A stretch of DNA of 64,000 nt from the human T2T-CHM13v2.0 reference genome, Homo sapiens: the NCBI RefSeq assembly GCF_009914755.1, contig NC_060939.1; one strand, written 5' to 3'. The position numbers and the translations under genes were made by a program. The notes under the pieces are model-generated. The model was not told where the DNA came from. It was given only the letters and a program-made list of their open reading frames with translations, and did not search any database. Of the stretch, positions 56,710-64,000 are shown one piece after another; within the stretch, counting starts at the first letter, position 1, and every line of letters starts with the position of its first letter.

Positions 56710-57651
56710 AATTGGAATGCAAACACTTTGAGGACAGAAGCAAGGTTTTACAGTTCCATCTCCTCACACTGAATGACAATACATTTTATGTTTCAATATA
56801 CATTACTTTTGAGGTGAAAGTAATATAATCCTTCAGATACTTAAATAATTCATGATTTTGTCTCATTAACGCTTATCTAACCTGTTGAAACAGTAAAAAA
56901 TGTCAAATTTGTATAACTCTGTCTATGGAGCATACTGAGACTTTAGGGGGTGACGGGCAAAAAGGAGAAAGCAGGAGCAGATTGATACAAAGCTAGAAAG
57001 CTGACCCAGCATAAGAGCTGGCCACTATTACATTATTATTTTATGGTAGTACAAATTACTATCTGTATTCGTAGGAGTTCCTCTGTCTGTGAGGACTACT
57101 ACGAGAGTCCTTTGTGATCTCAAACTTAGTGTGCAACAGTGTCACCATTTTGGGTTTCAGTCCATTTGAGGATCAGGACTCTATTTGGGAATTAGAGGTA
57201 CCTGTGAAGAGTTCTAACCCCTGGGAACATTGGCAGACAAGAGATAGGCAAGGCGTCTGCCAGTGGTCTGGAATCTAGGGCAGAAAGCCAGTGCCTACAG
57301 GATCTTGGAATGCTTATCTGAAAACCCAAGGATATGCCTATTTGCACTCACTGGATTTGCATAGAAAGATGAAGGGAAACTTACATCTTAGGGGATATGT
57401 GAGTACCAGAACTAACATTAGACAGTAGGTCTTAGAGATCTTGTAGAAGCAAGACTAATTTTAGATCCCACCCCCTGATGAGGCAAAAATCTCCTAATGT
57501 TCTTCCCAGTGCCAAGATTTGAGCCCAAGGATATAGCAGGACTGAGACTGCAGATGAAGGGCCTTAGCACTTACATGTATCTTTAGGCCCAACAGTGAGA
57601 AAGGTAAAGACTGATAATTTATCTCATGAGTAGCTTCACAGATTAATATGA

Positions 57652-58042
<391 letters not shown>

Positions 58043-58285
58043 TAAAAAGTCAAATTTTTAAATATTGTTTTAATATTAAGAAATATATACACACACACAA
58101 AAAAGAACCACATTTCTCCAAACTGTAGTTTGAAAAGCAGGTCTAATGAAAGTCCAGAGTGGGTGCTTTGCATGGGTTTAGAGAAAGATAATATTGTTTC
58201 TTCTTTTTATGTATGATGCTATAATACAGTCTGCATTAGAAATACGGTGAGTCTTAAGTAGGGCTTACCTACCTAATACCTCTAA

Positions 58286-58612
<327 letters not shown>

Positions 58613-60025
58613 CCTCATTTTAAATATTAAGGCCTGGTGTCTCAATATCTTATTAAAACACTAGAAACCTCAATATTCTGAAGTTGTTGTTGTAATATAT
58701 GATTGTAAAAATCTTAAATTTGTAACACATAAACTGAAAATAGAGGGGGAGATAGTACACATTTTCTTTAAAAAACATAGAACAAAAGGCAAACAACCCT
58801 AATTCTTTTCTGTTTATTTAATTTATCATTGTCTTCATCTGTTCATGCATGCTATATGTTAACGTAGGACTTTTCCAACATTTTGAGTTCCATTAATCTA
58901 AAATATAAAGCCCTATACCTGTGATATATTACTAATGCTAATAGATAAGATCACCCAATTATAAACTTCAGTTTACTCTTATTAATGTAGCAAATGAAGT
59001 CATGGAAGTGAGTGAGATCTCATTTTGGATAAGGTTCCATTTCTTGTTAAATGTTGTTATTTCAGAGTTGGGCATATATCATCATTGATATAACAATAAC
59101 AGATGTCTTATTTGTGGATTCATCTCCTGTCTGCCTCACAGCAATGATTTTACTACTTGTGAAGGATTACAAAAAATTACTGGAGGATTTACAAGAGGTC
59201 CCTGCTGTATTTATCTAGAAGCCAACTATAATATTGTTTTTCCATACCCATCAACAAACACAACTTAATCTTGACTCAAAAGAGCTGCATTACTCTTTCC
59301 TTAGCATGTGTGATTACAGCTTCAGAATGCTTTTAATCAATAAAAGTTGGATTAGTTGCAATAGCAGATGTTAGATGAGGGTATGAGGAAGATGCCATCC
59401 TCCTATTCTTCTGGAAACATCAAAAATTATCTTTTGCAAGAGGAGCTAGCACAGAGTTCTGCAGTGTATACCTACTGAGCCTGTGCCTTTTAAAGTTGTG
59501 GCTATACTTCTCATTGCAGCACTTCTCAAAGGATCTGGAACTTGCTTTTTTTCTGGTTAAATTGAAGTTTTCATTGTTGTTTCTTATGAATTGGTTGAGG
59601 AGAAAGGCAACAGATATTTTGGAATTCTCAGCACATTCCAATCACTTCTGCTGTTAATCGACTACTTAAACCAGTGAAATGACCCTTTAAACATCATGGT
59701 CCTGGGCAGAGTCACCAGGGCTGTGTCCTCAAATACTAGCAGCAGCAGCAAAGCTCTACAGCTTCTTCCAGAAATGAGAGGCACGTCCCATGTCAAGTAC
59801 ATGATCAAGGGGCTGTGAGTAATTCTTAGCAAACCATTTATGGGCATTCTTAATACTTTAGGAATATTCATAAGACTTCATTTAACATTCACAAAAACAT
59901 ATTAGAGCAATAAACTGGCATTGTCTTCTTAGAGGGTGGACACAGACATGGTGACTTTTTCTACAAGTTGGACAATGGGAACCTGTGTTATATCTAATGT
60001 ACTCTACGTTGTTTTCAACAGCGTA

Positions 60026-60070
60026 TTGGGAGCTAGTCAAGTCCACTTGGGAGCTAGTCAAGTCCACTTG
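60026..60070. repeat. Perfect tandem duplication, 2 x 21 bp
   Basis: ttgggagctagtcaagtccac repeated twice. Confidence 0.97.
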
Positions 60071-60149
60071 AGATCTTGGATGTAGAGACAATTTCACATA
60101 AAGAAATGGTAACTCAATGGTGGAAGAGCTGAAGCAATTCAGCAATTAG

Positions 60150-60440
60150 CAACAGCAGGAAGCTCTGCCACATCCAAGTGACAAGGAGATGAGGTGTTGT
60201 TCCCAGAGCTCAGAAGCCAGGCTATCTAGAGCCAGCCAAAACCCCAGCAGACGATCACCTGATGGGAGTTGGGACCATGAAGGAGCTAGAGCCACAGACA
60301 GAAGGTAGCCACTGCCCCAGAGGCAGCTTGCTGAGACTCTCAGTTTGTGGGCAGGTTGCACTGCCCCCAAGCCCACCTTGACAACCGTGCCATTGGCTCA
60401 GACTCCAGTTCCATCCACATTATCTCAGCAAAGCTCCTTC
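60150..60440. mobile_element. Possible old ERVL/MaLR LTR remnant
   Basis: GC-richer purine-biased segment ('gggagttgggaccatgaaggagctagagccac'); family not resolved. Confidence 0.3.
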
Positions 60441-60671
60441 TGTACTAATCAAACGAACTATCTTACAGAAACTAAACTAAACACTAATCAAAGTGTTATC
60501 AGCATTTATACCCTAATATTACTGTGTGTTATTAATATCTACTATGGCAGTGTCCAGCCATACTGAGGAGACTTCCATGGAGTTCTAACAGCTCAGATAC
60601 CAAATATTGTTTTTATTGGGGCTCTGATTACAAATTGTATGAGATTTTGAGTGGTCTGCCCATGAGCTGTT

Positions 60672-60887
60672 TCTTTTTTCTTCTTTTTTAGTGACAGGGT
60701 CTCACCCTGTTGCCAAGGTTGAAGTGTAGTGGCAAGATCATAGCTCACTGCGGACTTGAACCTCTGGGATCAATGATTTTCCCACCTCAGCCTCAAGAGT
60801 AGCTAGGACTACAGGTGCAGTCACCACACCCAGCTAATTTTTTTTTCTTTTTGTAGAGATGGGGTCTCACTGTGTTGCCTAGGCTGA
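60672..60887 (-). mobile_element. 5'-truncated AluJ
   Basis: 'gatcatagctcactgc'; flanked by gagctgtttctt/gagctcttctt. Confidence 0.9.
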
Positions 60888-61044
60888 GCTCTTCTTCATT
60901 GTTTGTGTTAGCTTTGTCTTGTTTTTGCAGAACACTGAAATTTTCAGGAAAGAATATATCATGTTAATAATAGAAGCACTCATAAGTAAAAACATGATTT
61001 CATGTGGTTACAAAGCACTATAATATGGGGAGAAGATCAATATA

Positions 61045-62230
61045 GATCATTCATTCATGCAACATTTATTAAATGTTCTTGTACTTGGCAAATTCAAACA
61101 TGAATCAGATATTAGGAGTGCCCTCTCTCCAAAGAGTTTACAACCGGACTTGTTTTGTTTTGTTTTGTTTTTGAGACAGGGTCTCATTCTGTCATCCAGG
61201 CTGGAGTGCAATCGGGTGACCATAGCTCACTGCATCCTCAAACTGTCAGGTTTAGCAATCCTCCTGCCTCAGTCTCCTGTGCTGGGACTTTGACGCATGC
61301 CACCACACCCAGCTAATTTTTTTAAAAATTTCTAGTAGAGCTGAGGTCTTGTTATGTTACCCAGACTGGGGAAACTGTTGTTAACAGGTAATTAGAAAGA
61401 AAGCAGTAAATGTTATAATAGAGGTGTTATCAGCATGATGAGAAAGTCTAGAGCAGGGTAAGAATAATTTTGCCTGTAGGTGTCAGGAAAGACTTGAAGA
61501 GGAAGTGATATTATGATGTTTAAAAGGTAAGAGTTTGCCAAATAGTGAAGGAGAAAAGAAGCATCCCCAGGCAGTGGGAGAGCATGTGTGAAGGCCTTAA
61601 TGAAGATAATTAACTACTATAAGAGTTTGATCTGGGTGTTTAAGAATGGAGTCGGAGAGGGGCATCCTCACAGAAAGCAACAAGAGCTGTAACTGGAGAA
61701 GTAAATTGATGCCCAGTTGCAAACCCCATGTAGGCCCACCTTAGGAGTTTAGAGTTCATCCTGCGAACAGCTGGACTCCAGCTGAGGTCTTGAAGGAGAG
61801 AAGTAACTTGATGAGAATTGTTTTTAGAAAGATCATTTCGATGTCTATGTAAAGAATGGACTTGAGGAAGATAGATGCCAGGGAGATCAGCTAGGAGGCT
61901 GTATTAATACTCTAAACAAAAATGATGAGGGTCTAAGCCAGTGGCCATGAGGATGATAAAAAGGGACTTTAGCCAGAGGACACTTCTGACAGAGATCTGA
62001 CAGGTCTGATGATCAATTGGACATGGAAAATAAGGGACATAAGTCAAAGATGACTTGAAGAGTTCTAGCTGAGGCAACAGAGTGTATTTTAATGCCATTA
62101 GCTGAGGTATAGAATTCCATAGGGAAATGCAGATTTGAGGATGAAAACAACTGAGGATGAGGTTAGCAGCTCTATTTTCAAAATGTTGAGATTATTTCAG
62201 AAGTGGATGTGGGACTTTAGTTTGTGTAGG
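61045..62230 (-). mobile_element. L2, interrupted by AluJ
   Basis: 'tcattcattcatgcaacatttattaaatg' and 'ttttagaaagatcatt...ctaggaggctgtatt'. Confidence 0.85.
61152..61368 (-). mobile_element. 5'-truncated AluJ
   Basis: 'gagacagggtctcattctgtcatccaggctggagtgca...catagctcactgca'. Confidence 0.9.
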
Positions 62231-63599
62231 ATAATTATATCTGTTGAGGGGAAATACATTGTGGAAGGATATTTAACCATTTGGTTTGCATATTATAGCC
62301 AAATCATAGGTGGCCTTATTTCCTTGTCTGTTCAATTAGTTTTACTTGGTTATGTTTGTAAAGAGATCAAGCAAAAATCCTTTCAACATTTTAAAATATT
62401 TCTAAAAGCAGCAATGTATTTCCAATCCTAAAGGCATCTATACAGTTTGGCAAGCATGCAATATGGAGATTGGGGAAGAAACAGTAAAATTCAGGGTGGG
62501 AGTGCTGCATGTTATAACTGAGGACAGATGTGGTCTCATGGAAATGCTTGTAGTATACATAAAGAAGGCATCACACATCCTTGAATTAATAGGAATATAT
62601 ATTCTAATTAATTGACAGCAAGAGCTGTTGATAGAATGAAAGAATAGATCTCAAGCTCCCTAAGCAAGCACCCAGACACAGCCAAATAAATTGCTGAGAC
62701 TCTGTCTTTATATAACATATGATGCAGTGTTGCAGTAATCAGCCTATGTTTTCCTGTATTCCATCCATTATTTAGGATTTGAGGCTGTTTTTTACACTTA
62801 AATTTTGCATGCGTAAAAGAGAAAATCTAGAGATGGAAATTAGAACAAAGAGAAAATTAAAAATTCAGAAAGAATGCTTTAATTCAGATAAAATGGCCAC
62901 CACATTGTGTAAAGAGTCTGTGACTTTAAAAAATAAAAATAAAAACTATACCATAGGCACTCCTTCATTGTGATACTTTTTCCAGAAAAAAATGATGAGT
63001 TCTACCAGGACATCAACATTTTCGTGTTATGTCTTGTGATCAAAATATATTGTCATACTGGGGGTTAGGATTAAAAATAGAATTTTCTCTGTACTAAGTT
63101 AACACATTACCTTGCTTTATTAGTAGCATCTTCAAAAAACAAACAAACAAAAACCCTGAATGAATCATTTCAGACAATTTATCTATGTACATGTTAAATC
63201 CCTAGGAAACATTTAAACAAGTCAAGTCGAAAAGGTGGAGGGAAGGGGTTTCCTGAAACCTGAGCACTGGTCCAGACCCTTAACTTTCATTTATAGCACT
63301 GTCTCATGAAGGAAAGAATTACTTCAGGCTGTTTGCTAAAAACATTGCTTGTGTGTTTATATTGTACTGATTTTTGCAACACAAATATTTTAATCCAGAC
63401 TATTCATACAGACCCTTTATTTTAATATGCAATTGATTAGCTAGTATTGTACAGAAAGAGAGAGTAATTGTAAATGGCCCAAGTAGTCTATAAATATTCC
63501 CCTTAGGAGTGCCAAAATTGCAAGCCATAATAGTGATGGAAAGTTGAATAAACTTCTGTAAATTAAAATTTACTTCCTAATGATGTCTCTACCAAACCA

Positions 63600-63865
63600 A
63601 TATTATCATTACCATTTACTGAGCAATTTATTTGGTGCCAGGCTCTGAGTTTATGGGGAAGGACATAAAGATAAATAAGATTCAATCTTTTCTCTCTAAA
63701 GTTAGTAGTTTAGAGAAGTTAAAAGTATTACCAGCTGTCTATAAGAACAATTATAAATGCTATTATGTACACAGATTCACATCTGTACATAGCATGATAA
63801 GCACACAAGCACAGTGCCTGGCCCACAGGAAGTGTTCAATAAATATCAATTATTACTATCAGTAA
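63600..63865. mobile_element. L2/MIR 3' end remnants in opposite orientations
   Basis: 'catttactgagcaatttatttggtgccaggc' and 'agcacagtgcctggcccacaggaagtgttcaataaat'. Confidence 0.65.
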
Positions 63866-64000
63866 AGGCTTCATATAAATAGAAATTTAATACAGAAATG
63901 GTGTTGGGCACTGAATATTGTACAGTTCAGACTCCAGGGACTAAGTAAGAGTAACCACAGAGCATCATCTCTTTGGGTACAAAGGAAGGTGGGTGAGGGC

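Overview
Primate (human-like) AT-rich, non-coding genomic DNA, either a large intron or intergenic sequence. I find no credible protein-coding gene. The ORF track is explained by Alu, Tigger, MaLR and microsatellite-derived frames or by chance. The window holds about 23 Alu copies or fragments, seven MaLR LTRs (THE1, MST, MLT1), Tigger3b, MER5, MER33 and MER53 DNA transposons, old L1/L2/L3/MIR remnants and several STRs. The most notable non-repeat signals are: a roughly 8 kb apparently transposon-free block (about 14.2-22.4 kb) with enhancer-like motif clusters; further enhancer-like islands near 26.4, 40.2, 43.5, 47.3 and 52.9 kb; weak candidate minus-strand exons; and several small template-switch or tandem-duplication scars. 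Subfamily names are from recall of consensus sequences and boundaries of old elements are approximate. I cannot name the locus, and I see no convincing novel biological system; the findings are testable hypotheses.
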